This document shows positions 27,002 through 36,053 of a stretch of 64,000 bases of DNA, in pieces; the stretch's first letter is position 1, and each line of letters opens with the position of its first letter. The translations under genes were made by a program, and so were the position numbers. The notes beneath the pieces were generated by a model. The model worked only from the letters and a program-made list of their open reading frames with translations, was not told where the DNA came from and did not search any database. Source of the stretch: a virus. Location of the stretch: IMG/VR virus record IMGVR_UViG_3300044838_000061, positions 10,483 to 74,482 of that record. One strand, written 5' to 3'.

Positions 27002-27539
27002 CCCAGCAATGCCAGACCCCGTCGCGGTACTTCAGGACGATCGGCTCGTCGTCGCGCTCGATGAGCTGCTCGAGCACAGCACCGACGTCGTCCTCCGACA
27101 GACCGAGATGCTCGGCGATCTCGCTGGTCGTTCGAGACTCCTCTCCCACGCATGAGTAAACGCGCTCCTCGACCGAACGTTCCGGGTCATCCTCTGGGAG
27201 TCCGTCCTGAACAGAGTCCTGCGAGCGGCGCGAGAGGTCGCCCTCCTCAGGGGGCGACGTCGATTTCGGCTCGGGATGGTCGGCGGGCATAAGGGGGCGC
27301 GACGCCCGCCGACGCTGACGCGACTTTTCGCGTCCCGCTTGCTTGTTACCTCTGCGTGGACTACCCACGGAGTCGTCACTCGCAGTCTTGTCGAAGAGTC
27401 CGCCGCTCGGCCGCGAGCGGCCGGCGCGGATCAGCTCGCAGACGTGCGCTGAGAAGCTCTGGCCCTCAGCGACCTCGGCGCGGAGTTCCTGCGCCAGGTT
27501 CACATCCATCGACACGCTGACGGCGACCTTGCCGCTCAC
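26979..27539 (-). CDS. RHH plus winged-helix DNA-binding protein
   Basis: KVAVSVSMDVNLAQELR...SFSAHVCELIR, and C-terminal TTSEIAEHLGLSEDDVGAVLEQL. Confidence 0.55.
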   Translation of the reverse strand: MSGKVAVSVSMDVNLAQELRAEVAEGQSFSAHVCELIRAGRSRPSGGLFDKTASDDSVGSPRRGNKQAGREKSRQRRRASRPLMPADHPEPKSTSPPEEGDLSRRSQDSVQDGLPEDDPERSVEERVYSCVGEESRTTSEIAEHLGLSEDDVGAVLEQLIERDDEPIVLKYRDGVWHCWVSPRSAA

Positions 27540-27923
27540 GCCGCGGCCTGTCGTGAGTGCTGAACGAACATCTCGGCGTACTCGGCTGTCTGGACCTCCT
27601 CGCCGCGGCAACGCAGCCCGCGCGAGGCGACCTCGAAGAACGTCAGCGCGTCGCGTCCGCGTAGGACAACGAATTCGTCGATCGCCTCACAACCCTGGTC
27701 CGGCTCGCCGCCGAGCACGGCATAGGCGTGGCGGACCTCTCCGTGACCGCAGCAGGCGTGCGAGACACCGGGAACGAACCCGACGCAGGGATCCGGGTCA
27801 CCGACGACCACGCGAGCGCCGCACTGCGGACAGTCGCGGTCATTCACGTTGTCCAGCCCGAGAATGGAGGACGCGGCTCTAGTACGACGACCGCGAGGAC
27901 CCACGTGGCGACGAGAACGACGC

Positions 27924-28202
27924 TCACCCGGTCACCACGTGGACCGGGTAAGTCTCGGAGAGTCGGCGATGGTGCTCGTAGACCTTGTCGCTCATCTCGC
28001 GCGTGACCGGCGTTCCCTCGGTCTCAGCCAGCAGGACGTCGGGGTCTGGTACCGACTCTGCGCACGCCCTCATCTTCGTCCCGGTACCGTCTCCGGCGGA
28101 GAACGCGCGCAGGGTTGTGAACGCCGCGTCAATGGCCGCCTCCCCGAGTAGACGGAAGGCATCGCTCGAGGACTCGCAGCGGATGACGAGGAAGTGCGCC
28201 AT
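27924..28202 (-). CDS. Hypothetical protein
   Basis: MAHFLVIRCE... with a TGATG-coupled start. Confidence 0.5.
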   Translation of the reverse strand: MAHFLVIRCESSSDAFRLLGEAAIDAAFTTLRAFSAGDGTGTKMRACAESVPDPDVLLAETEGTPVTREMSDKVYEHHRRLSETYPVHVVTG

Positions 28203-28432
28203 CAGTCTCGCCTCTCTACGAGCGGGGGCCTCTCCTGGTCCGTGATCGGAGGGAAGCCCCACTCGTCGAGGACGACGACCTCGGAGCCATCGTTGAGAAA
28301 AAGCACCGGGTAGTCTGCCGTGCCTCTCGGATCGCCGATCGAGCCGATTCGACTACGTCCTTCCTCGACATCTCGACCTCGATCACGCGCAAGACGGCTC
28401 CCCTCTCCTAGGAAACGATCAACTCGCCGATG

Positions 28433-28461
28433 ATCCTACTCCCGTACCTAGTTCCTGTCAA
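28433..28461 (-). promoter_or_regulatory. Sigma70-type leftward promoter
   Basis: TTGACA-ggaactaggtacgggag (17 nt)-TAGGAT on the minus strand. Confidence 0.8.
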
Positions 28462-28467
28462 GGAGAC

Positions 28468-28612
28468 TTCCTAAGAACGCCCCCGCGGTGCCCCGTCGCG
28501 CCTTCCTAAGAACCATCGTTCATAAGAACTCTTCATAAGAAGACGTCGGGGACCCCGCGGGACTCTTCATAAGAATTCATAAGAACGTAGGCGTCACGTC
28601 TCTTCTTATGAA
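28468..28612. repeat. Array of 7 TTCNTANGAA palindromic boxes
   Basis: TTCCTAAGAA at 28468 and 28503; TTCATAAGAA at 28519, 28532, 28566 and 28576; TTCTTATGAA at 28603. Confidence 0.9.
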
Positions 28613-29092
28613 GGAATCGAGCGCTCAGGTGTGCTCTCAGGTGCTGGCTATCACCGCCCCCCTATCCCCACGCCGGCAGTGGTCTACGGCGACCCCCTGG
28701 GGTGGGTTAGGCGGTCTAGTGGGTGGCTGAAGCTGCGCTATCGCCCGCAGTTACTGGGGATCGTCCCTGCCTGCGCGGCTGGGTCGACTGCTCGATGGAG
28801 CTGAGCTCGGTCTCGGCTGGCGAGCTCGTGCGTGTGGGCGAAGATGCAAGAGGGGCGTGCATGAGAGGAACGCAAGGGGGCATATAGAGGTGAGACGAGA
28901 ACTGAGGAGACCATCTTCGGATGGGTAGGTAGGGGACTGAGTACGGCAAATTGCGCGCGATTCTGGGAAGGGACTCTGCGCGCTTCCTAGGAAGGCTCGA
29001 GGGTCAGTGTTCTTATGAGGGTGTTGGGTAGCTAGTTCTCGCGCGAAATCTGGGGATCTCGAGCGCCGATGTAAATATTCTTGCCTAGGTAC

Positions 29093-29121
29093 TTGACAGA
29101 TAGCTAGTTCGCTAGTAGGTT
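29093..29121 (+). promoter_or_regulatory. Sigma70-type rightward promoter
   Basis: TTGACA-gatagctagttcgctag (17 nt)-TAGGTT, upstream of the plus-strand operon. Confidence 0.8.
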
Positions 29122-29171
29122 GTGTCTCGTGAGCGGCTTGAGGATCGCTCCCGGAGTAGGAGACGGAGACA

Positions 29172-29363
29172 ATGCTAAGCGAGTATCGAGTGACGGACAG
29201 AGGGACCTTTCCGCGCGGTTTTGCGGTACTGGACAAGCGCGGCGCACTGGTCGACGCGTTCAGAACTAAGAGTGGTGCGGAGTACGCAGCGCGGGTTCTG
29301 GGAACTGATCGCGCGACGCTGGACCACCACGCAACCTTTGGTTGCAGGGTGGTAGAGCGATGA
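29172..29363 (+). CDS. Hypothetical early protein
   Basis: First ORF after the promoter, with a GGAG RBS. Confidence 0.6.
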   Translation: MLSEYRVTDRGTFPRGFAVLDKRGALVDAFRTKSGAEYAARVLGTDRATLDHHATFGCRVVER

Positions 29364-29584
29364 CACGCCAAGGCAAGATTGACCTATGCCACGAGATGCC
29401 GAACGGCGCGACAGTCAAGGATTGGCTAGGTACGACGCTCGTAGCTGCTCGCATCGCGCAGACGTGTATTGGCCTAGGTCGCAAGGGGATCGCGAAGGAT
29501 TCGAGTTGGCTTGTAGAGGCTGAGGATCGCCTCACACAAGCGCTTGAGGAAGTGCGCGCCGTGCGCGCCGAGGTGGACGTATGA
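29360..29584 (+). CDS. Hypothetical protein
   Basis: ATGA coupling at both ends. Confidence 0.55.
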   Translation: MTRQGKIDLCHEMPNGATVKDWLGTTLVAARIAQTCIGLGRKGIAKDSSWLVEAEDRLTQALEEVRAVRAEVDV

Positions 29585-29727
29585 CACGCGTACTGAACGA
29601 CCCCACGCTTCACCTGCAGGACTCTAAGCGTCGCGCGCTTGCGTCTCGCTTCGCAGACAAGCTGAGCGGGGTACATCCCAACTTCGACCGCTCGCGGTTT
29701 CTGCGCGCTTGTGGGGTGGAGCGATGA
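29581..29727 (+). CDS. Small phage protein with a PNFDRSRFLRAC motif
   Basis: 48 aa, below the track cut-off; ATGA-coupled at both ends. Confidence 0.55.
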   Translation: MTRVLNDPTLHLQDSKRRALASRFADKLSGVHPNFDRSRFLRACGVER

Positions 29728-30254
29728 CGGTCTACTACGTATGCGATCACTGCGCGCACGTCGCGCCGTGGCCGGCTGACGTGGACGACGCGCCGCGTAG
29801 GTGCGAGAACTGCGGCGAGTCCGGTCAGTGGATGCACGGTCCGTGTCGGGATCTCGATGACGCGGAGGAGCGCTCTCAGCTCGTCCTAGACGCGCACGCG
29901 CACCGCGAGAAGATCGCGCTAGACAGCTGGATCGCTGAGGCACACAAGCTCGGCGCTGAGGATGCGAAGGCTGCAGCGTCGTGGATCACTGACGGTAACG
30001 ATACGGACGAGTCTCGACGCGCGAAGCTACAGCGGATCGAGGATGACGGCCCGGATTCGGTCATTGGCCGGCGACCTGATTTGTCCGGCGAGTACGCGGA
30101 CAATCCAACGCCGCTAAGTCTGGCGCGCGAGATCACGGGCGACGACGATCCCGATGCGGACACGGTCGACGCACTGGCCGATGCCTATGAGCTCGGCGTC
30201 TCGGACGAGTTCGAGGATGCCTGCGTGGCTGAGTTGGAGAGGTGGTTGTCATGA
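29724..30254 (+). CDS. Acidic protein with an N-terminal zinc ribbon
   Basis: CDHC...CENC. Confidence 0.6.
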   Translation: MTVYYVCDHCAHVAPWPADVDDAPRRCENCGESGQWMHGPCRDLDDAEERSQLVLDAHAHREKIALDSWIAEAHKLGAEDAKAAASWITDGNDTDESRRAKLQRIEDDGPDSVIGRRPDLSGEYADNPTPLSLAREITGDDDPDADTVDALADAYELGVSDEFEDACVAELERWLS

Positions 30255-30487
30255 GCGCGCCCAACCTAGCTGCACGCGCGGAGCGAGCAGAGCAGTACGT
30301 CGCGAGCATTCGCAACGCCAAGAAGCGCGCCTACGCGCATAGGTTCCTGCGTTACCTGCGTAACGGCGTCACAGACGACATCGGCTCGCTACCTGGAGAC
30401 ACGCCGCAACGCGCCGGCGAGCTGAGTTACATGGCCGCGCAAGCGGTCGAGATGAACCTACGCGCAATCTGGCGAGGTGAGCGATGA
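30251..30487 (+). CDS. Hypothetical protein
   Basis: Coupled ORF chain. Confidence 0.55.
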   Translation: MSAPNLAARAERAEQYVASIRNAKKRAYAHRFLRYLRNGVTDDIGSLPGDTPQRAGELSYMAAQAVEMNLRAIWRGER

Positions 30488-30705
30488 GCGTCCAAGAGCA
30501 CGGTTGGCTCGTCTGCGCGCCCGGAGATCCGAACGAGCGCCAGACGGACGCGATGCTGACCCTTTCCGGCCCGGATCACTACTGCGCCGAGCGTTGGAAC
30601 GCTGACACTGGCGCCGTCCGATTCGTGGTCTACCACGACCACCGGACGATGGAGTACAGCGTCGACGTCGCCGGAGAGGTGCGAGTCATCGGGGTATGTC
30701 GATGA
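30484..30705 (+). CDS. Hypothetical protein
   Basis: Coupled ORF chain. Confidence 0.5.
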   Translation: MSVQEHGWLVCAPGDPNERQTDAMLTLSGPDHYCAERWNADTGAVRFVVYHDHRTMEYSVDVAGEVRVIGVCR

Positions 30706-30860
30706 GCGTCGCGATCTGCACGAATGAGACCAACCGAACGGAGGACACGGATGAGGGACGCCGTCTACACGCGGCAAGATCGTAAGCGCACGAGCTCGGC
30801 ACGGCTCGAGACGATGCGCCGGCGCAAGATCCGCGTCGAGAAGTACGGAGGTCGGTCCGC

Positions 30861-31046
30861 ATGATTGCCGTAAGCGAACTGAAGGACTGGGCAGCAACGC
30901 TCAGCGCACTAGACCGACACGGAGAGCATTTCGTCGCGGTCGACGATGGCGGTCTCACACTCGTCGAGATCCAGAACAACGAGCAAACCGGCGCCTACCT
31001 GGAAGTGGGCGGCGAGCCATCAGACGAGGAAGGCGAGCAGCGATGA
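30861..31046 (+). CDS. Hypothetical protein
   Basis: GGAGG RBS; coupled to the next ORF. Confidence 0.55.
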   Translation: MIAVSELKDWAATLSALDRHGEHFVAVDDGGLTLVEIQNNEQTGAYLEVGGEPSDEEGEQR

Positions 31047-31240
31047 CCACCTACAGGTTCGCCGTAGAGGTCGAGATAGACGATGAGCTGTTGGCGAGTC
31101 ATGACGGGAGCCTGACTCCGCCGCCGAATAACCCGCGTGAGTGGTACGGCGGGGATCTTGTCGCGGCGATCAACGACGGGCTAGCTGAGGTCGTCCACGA
31201 CGAGCTAGAGGTACTTTCCGTGACAGCGGGTGAGTCGTGA
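31043..31240 (+). CDS. Hypothetical protein
   Basis: Coupled ORF chain. Confidence 0.5.
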   Translation: MTTYRFAVEVEIDDELLASHDGSLTPPPNNPREWYGGDLVAAINDGLAEVVHDELEVLSVTAGES

Positions 31241-31449
31241 ACACCTGGAGCGACCTACAGACGAGACGCGGCAGGCTGCAGGAGATGGCCGCGACACTTT
31301 CGCGCGCAAAGAGCTTTGTAGACGAGGTCATGCAGGACTACCCGCGGAAAGAGCTAGACGGAGTCGCGGGCCTCGAACACGCGATAGAGCTGATCGGGAT
31401 CTGTGAGCGCGAGCTAGACGACGCGGCCGATTCGGAGCCTGTCACATGA
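31237..31449 (+). CDS. Hypothetical protein
   Basis: Coupled ORF chain. Confidence 0.5.
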   Translation: MNTWSDLQTRRGRLQEMAATLSRAKSFVDEVMQDYPRKELDGVAGLEHAIELIGICERELDDAADSEPVT

Positions 31450-31597
31450 GGCTCTACGAGGTCATAGAGCGACTACCGGATGGTCGAGAGCGAATCGTCC
31501 CACACCCTCACTCGCACGCGTGGACAATGTCGCTCAGGGAGACCTACGCAGCCGTGGACAATTGCCGTTGGGCGGTAATGATCCGTGAGGTGACGAT

Positions 31598-31954
31598 GTG
31601 AGAGGTCAAGACGTCATCGTCACTTGGCCGCAATCGCGCCCGCTTGACTCCTATCTGGCCGAGCTCAAGCGCGCAGCGCGCGACGGACTCGTCATCAACT
31701 ACCGCGTCTCGCGTCTGCCGGCAACGAAGCCGCGGCGCTGCTACATGGTCCACTCCGGAATGGTGCGCGGGTGGTGCGACGTACTCAGTGTCGAGCGACG
31801 AGGAGAGGGCGACGTCAGACGCGCCGAAAATGATTCTGGATTCTGGCCGGGCGGCTACTACATTGTCCGCTCGCCCGTGTGGCACGCGCTCAAGAACCCT
31901 CTACCCATGCGCGGGTTCCAAAGCTGGCGCTGGTACGACGGGAGTAGCGCGTGA
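31598..31954 (+). CDS. ASCH/PUA-like domain protein
   Basis: C-terminal LKNPLPMRGFQSWRW resembles the ASCH P-x-P-x-x-G-x-Q-x-x-W motif. Confidence 0.5.
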   Translation: MRGQDVIVTWPQSRPLDSYLAELKRAARDGLVINYRVSRLPATKPRRCYMVHSGMVRGWCDVLSVERRGEGDVRRAENDSGFWPGGYYIVRSPVWHALKNPLPMRGFQSWRWYDGSSA

Positions 31955-32151
31955 TGACCGAGCAAGAGCTAGAGGCGCTGCGCGAGATGTCTACCCCGGC
32001 GATTCGACGGGCGCAGGGGATCGTCCAGCTACAGCTACCGCTAGCGCACGCCCAACGGAACACACGCGCGCTAGCCAAACTCCAAGAGTTGGAGCGCGAC
32101 TACGCCGAGGAGCTGTGTCGCAGGTTTGATCTAGCTGAGGCTAGAACATGA
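31951..32151 (+). CDS. Hypothetical protein
   Basis: Coupled ORF chain. Confidence 0.5.
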   Translation: MMTEQELEALREMSTPAIRRAQGIVQLQLPLAHAQRNTRALAKLQELERDYAEELCRRFDLAEART

Positions 32152-32384
32152 GCGCCAACGGTCGCCGGTTCTTCACGATCACCTGCGTCCGTCAGGACGA
32201 CGAGGGAGCCTGGACAGCGCACGTGTCCACAGACGGCCGAACGTACCGGGCTACCCGTCGACACGGCTCCTGGTCGCTCGTGGAGGGTGACAGCGAGCGA
32301 ATCGTCCTACCTCACGTGGCGACAGCCCTACAGCAACGCGTCAGGCGCGCGGAGCGGAGATCTCGGCGTGATGCCTCTAGCTAA
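32148..32384 (+). CDS. Hypothetical protein
   Basis: Coupled ORF chain. Confidence 0.5.
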   Translation: MSANGRRFFTITCVRQDDEGAWTAHVSTDGRTYRATRRHGSWSLVEGDSERIVLPHVATALQQRVRRAERRSRRDASS

Positions 32385-32558
32385 GTTTCTGCGACGTCGG
32401 AGAGTTTGGATCGTGACCACTGCATGGGCTGATGACCCGAACGAGCGCGGGAGCGATCTTGCCGGCGTCTATTCCAGCGAGGCGCGCGCAAGAGAGATCG
32501 CCGCGAAGTTTCCTCACACGGGAAGGGTTGAAGAGGTCCATATTGACGAGGTGCCGTC

Positions 32559-33629
32559 GTGGCTGTAATGACCGCCCAAGAGCAAGCAGAGCGCGTCGTC
32601 GGCAAGCTGGCCGAGCTCGGCGTTCCCTGCTCACTGCTCTCGGTGACGGAGGGTCCGCAAGTCGCCCGCGCCGAACTCGAGCCGGGGGACGGCGTCAGGA
32701 TGCACGATACGCGGAAGCTCTCGCGCTCCGATGACCTGGCCTACGCACTCGGCGCTACCCACGTTCGGATAGTCGCGCCGGTACCCGGCAGGAGCGCGTT
32801 CGCGGTCGAGTGGGATCGTGCGGACCGCCGAACTATCACACTCGACGACCTACCCGACGCAGGATGGCCGCTCGCGCCCACGATCGGCCTCGATGTAGAT
32901 AACAAGCCTGTTATCGCGTACCTCCCGGACGCCCCACACATACTCATAGCGGGACAAACTGGCGCTGGTAAGTCAGTCCAACTACACGCGATTCTTTGCG
33001 CCCTCTTGCGCATCGCCGGACCGAACAAGCTGCGGCTCGTGATGGTCGATCCGAAGAGGGTCGAATTTGCTTCTTATGACGGGCTGCCGCACCTCGCGGC
33101 GCCAGTCGCGTCAGACACCGAGACGGCCGTCGGTCAGTTGCGCGGCGTAGTCGAGAACATGGAGAGGAGGTACCGCCTGCTCGAGACTCTCGGCGCGCGA
33201 AACTGGGCCGACGGAAACGATGCGCTCGCTCGACTCGACCGAGACACGCTCCCGTACGTCCTGGTGGTTGTGGACGAACTGGCGGACCTGATGATGACCT
33301 CGCGCAAGGAGGTGGAGTCGCTGATCGTCAGGCTGGCGCAGAAGGGCCGCGCTGCCGGCGTCCACCTGATCCTCGCCACGCAGTACCCAACCGCGAACAT
33401 CGTCACCGGACTGATCCGGGTGAACGTACCCACGAAGGTCTGCTTCGCGGTACCGGACATGACGGCGTCACGCGTGATCCTAGACCGGAACGGGGCCGAG
33501 TCTCTACTTGGCCGAGGGGACGGACTGCTCAGTTTCGGCGGTCTACCTCCGGTGAGATTCCAGAGCGCCTATGTCAGCCCTGAGGAAGTCACGGAGACCG
33601 TCTCGCGCTGGACTAAGGTCTCCGCTTAG
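32559..33629 (+). CDS. ftsK: FtsK/SpoIIIE-family DNA translocase, motor domains only
   Basis: GPQVARAEL (alpha domain), PHILIAGQTGAGKS, VDPKRVE, VVVDELADLMM, QKGRAAGVHLILATQYP and GAESLLGRGDGL. Confidence 0.92.
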   Translation: MAVMTAQEQAERVVGKLAELGVPCSLLSVTEGPQVARAELEPGDGVRMHDTRKLSRSDDLAYALGATHVRIVAPVPGRSAFAVEWDRADRRTITLDDLPDAGWPLAPTIGLDVDNKPVIAYLPDAPHILIAGQTGAGKSVQLHAILCALLRIAGPNKLRLVMVDPKRVEFASYDGLPHLAAPVASDTETAVGQLRGVVENMERRYRLLETLGARNWADGNDALARLDRDTLPYVLVVVDELADLMMTSRKEVESLIVRLAQKGRAAGVHLILATQYPTANIVTGLIRVNVPTKVCFAVPDMTASRVILDRNGAESLLGRGDGLLSFGGLPPVRFQSAYVSPEEVTETVSRWTKVSA

Positions 33630-33644
33630 ATCGACAATAGCTGC

Positions 33645-33673
33645 TTGACTAGTAGCTACAGCTAGGGTAAGAT
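33645..33673 (+). promoter_or_regulatory. Sigma70-type promoter
   Basis: TTGACT-17 nt-TAAGAT. Confidence 0.7.
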
Positions 33674-33680
33674 CCTTCCC

Positions 33681-33758
33681 AAGCGCGCGGCTCAGACAAC
33701 CTCGTCGAACCAGTCCCCGGCGGGGTTATCTTGGGAGGCACCGCGCGCTTCTTTTTTC
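33681..33758 (+). ncRNA. Promoter-proximal long hairpin plus U-tract (small RNA or attenuator)
   Basis: AAGCGCGCGG/CCGCGCGCTT closing stem, inner stem AGACAACCTCGTCG/CGGCGGGGTTATCT, then CTTTTTT. Confidence 0.55.
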
Positions 33759-33775
33759 AGAGAGAGGAGCAAGTA

Positions 33776-34105
33776 ATGGGGATTACCCGTTCCACACATG
33801 ACACAAAACCAGTGGGGCGCGAGACGCTCACGATTCGGATCCCTCGCCCAATGCGCACCGACCTCGAGCGCCTCGCAGCGGTCGAGGATCGCTCTCTCGG
33901 CTCGATCGTTCGTCGCGCGCTGCGCGGTGTTCTCTCGGACCGGTCGTCTGCCAATCCCTACGCCACATCGCAAGACGTTCGTGAGCTTGTGGGCGCGGCG
34001 CGCGATCTCGTGAAGACGTGGAGACAAGGAGATGGCCTCATGGCATCGCGATACAGACGGCTTGAAGTTGCGTGTGATGTGATCGACGAAACAACACAGA
34101 CGTGA
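33776..34105 (+). CDS. Ribbon-helix-helix protein
   Basis: ETLTIRIPRPMRTDLERLAAVEDRSLGSIVRRAL; GAGGAG RBS. Confidence 0.75.
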   Translation: MGITRSTHDTKPVGRETLTIRIPRPMRTDLERLAAVEDRSLGSIVRRALRGVLSDRSSANPYATSQDVRELVGAARDLVKTWRQGDGLMASRYRRLEVACDVIDETTQT

Positions 34106-34380
34106 GTAAAAGCGACGAAGACTTCCTAGCGACCGCGGCGGTAGTAGCTCGAGCGCGGGTCGAGGTGATCGGCGACGTCGCGCGGCGTCTGAGGGGCGAG
34201 TCCGCGCGTCATGAGTCTGAGGTAGTCCGGATCCGAGGGACACACCTGGACGCGAATCGTGCGCTCGTCGGAGTCCTCGACGAAGCAGCGCGAAGGAGGA
34301 TCCCTCAGCACGTCCTCTCTCAGCGACTAGGGCTCAGCCGGCAGCGTCTCTACAAGATCCGCCAGGCGATGCGGGCATGA
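34102..34380 (+). CDS. HTH protein
   Basis: IPQHVLSQRLGLSRQRLYKI. Confidence 0.65.
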   Translation: MSKSDEDFLATAAVVARARVEVIGDVARRLRGESARHESEVVRIRGTHLDANRALVGVLDEAARRRIPQHVLSQRLGLSRQRLYKIRQAMRA

Positions 34381-34428
34381 CCCGGCAGGCGCATAGCGAC
34401 CTTAGCTTCTGCCCGAGGAGGGCCTGAT

Positions 34429-34723
34429 ATGTGCAACGTCTCGATGGGTGATGGACAACTACGGCCCCTACATTCCGCGCCCGGATCAGTACCCGTGGAC
34501 GCAGCCGCCGATTCAGACCGTGCCCCCAGCGCCCGCACCGATGAAGCGGTGGCCGACCTTTGACGAGCTGAACGAGCTGCTGGAGTCCTTCCGGGACGCC
34601 GTGAGAGCCGCCGAGGCGTTCGACCGCCTTACGGGTCAGCCCGACTGCGTGGACCCGGAGAAGGCCGCGCTGGAGGAGCGCGTCGCCGAGCTGGAGCGCA
34701 AGCTCGAGGAGATGGCCGCATGA
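34429..34723 (+). CDS. Small phage protein (QPDC motif) with an apparent 1-nt frameshift near the start
   Basis: GAGGAGG RBS, then ATG 34429 (MCNVSM), one extra G, then VMDNYG... in the frame of ORF 34448..34723. Confidence 0.5.
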
Positions 34724-34821
34724 CCACCGATCCCGAATGGCTTGGCCGATGACAGAGCACGCGCCTCCCGAGCAAAACGCCTGTGACCCGCAGGAACTGG
34801 TCAACGTCACGATGGACTTGG

Positions 34822-34914
34822 ATGGGAGCGCTGACCGTTGGCGGACTCTTTGACGGCTGCGGGCTGCTCGCCGGAGGACTCCACGAAGCCAGACTTGAGC
34901 ACCGCTGGCTCTGA
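34822..34914 (+). pseudogene. N-terminal remnant of a C5 cytosine methyltransferase (motif I)
   Basis: MGALTVGGLFDGCGLLAGGLHEARLEHRWL* matches the LTVGxLFxGxG..xGL..AG...W pattern. Confidence 0.5.
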
Positions 34915-35119
34915 TCCCTGAGATCAAATGACCACAACACAAGAGGAGAACGGTGAAGACACAAGATCGTAGACTGACGGAAGATCAACACTTCGTTCTT
35001 GATCGAATCGCGAAGGACGACCCCGGCGCGAAAGTCGTCGACTGGGACTCAGACGTACACGGTCCGGTCCTACGCCACTCAAACGGAGATCGAGGGGTCG
35101 TCGTACCAGGACCCTCGTC

Positions 35120-35533
35120 GTGAGTGTCTCCCGGAAGATGCAGCGAGCAGCTCAGCCTCCCACCGCCGGCGCGGTCGACCTCGGTGCCCTCAAGGGAGCT
35201 AAAGAGGCCGCAGAGGAGGGCAAGAGGCAGCTCCTATCCCAGAATGGTCTCCTGTGCGTGTGCGGCGCGATCATCGAGGACGAGGGCGTCGTCCTGTTCT
35301 CGATGGGCGAAGGTATGGTCCCGACACCGAACGGACCTCAGCCCGGCGTAGCGATGGCGACACAGACGTTCCACTCGCGCGAGTGTTCTGCTCTGACGAC
35401 ACAGCTACGAGCAGCGCACGTACCCGGCCAGCCAAAGCCGATCGCGCTACGAGCTCTACCCGTTACGGAGTGGCTGGAGCAGGCTCCGTCGTCAGACTCG
35501 CGGAAGATCCCCGCAGTGATTGTCGACGCCTGA
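35120..35533 (+). CDS. Hypothetical protein
   Basis: Last ORF of the plus-strand block; CVCG...HSREC. Confidence 0.55.
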   Translation: MSVSRKMQRAAQPPTAGAVDLGALKGAKEAAEEGKRQLLSQNGLLCVCGAIIEDEGVVLFSMGEGMVPTPNGPQPGVAMATQTFHSRECSALTTQLRAAHVPGQPKPIALRALPVTEWLEQAPSSDSRKIPAVIVDA

Positions 35534-36053
35534 CGCCGCTCGGGTCGACTTGGTCGTTGACCGGGTCCAGCATCCTCTCAACGGCGTCGTGCTGGACCTT
35601 CGCGGAGATCAGGAACGTACGGACGTTGGGGTGGTAGATGCGCTCATCGTCACCGAGTTGGTCTAGGGCATACCTGCAGTACCAGGAGGCGAGTCGAGCC
35701 GCGTCAATTCCGGTGAGTGGGAACTCTGGCTCCGGACGAAGGTGAATCGACGGCGAAGTCGTGGCCGCTTGAGGAATTCCCGAGGCGCAACACGACGAGC
35801 AGCGCGCCCCGAGATGTTCGCCGTGTGTCGGGCACTCCCGCCGATGAAGCGCGGTGAGTGCCACCTCAATCACGCCTGAGAGATCAGCATTAGTGCGCCC
35901 ACCAACGCTAGAAACAGGAGAAATAACAGACCAGGCTTGGCCCACGTGGGCCACTCGGCGTCCGGATGGCTCTCCATCAGGTACGGCCTCCGGTGAAGAT
36001 CCACGCCGCAGTTCGGACAGCAACGCTTATCTTCCACGGTTCTGGTCCCGCTC

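Noticed and set aside
28200-28400. Programmed frameshift in the first leftward ORF (TGC TTT TTC)
   Set aside because: The heptamer is not X XXY YYZ. Which frame is coding cannot be settled without homologues.
28468-28612. CRISPR array
   Set aside because: The units are only 10 bp with irregular 0-25 nt spacing, which fits binding sites. The Cas4-like gene is a solo phage nuclease with no cas1/cas2.
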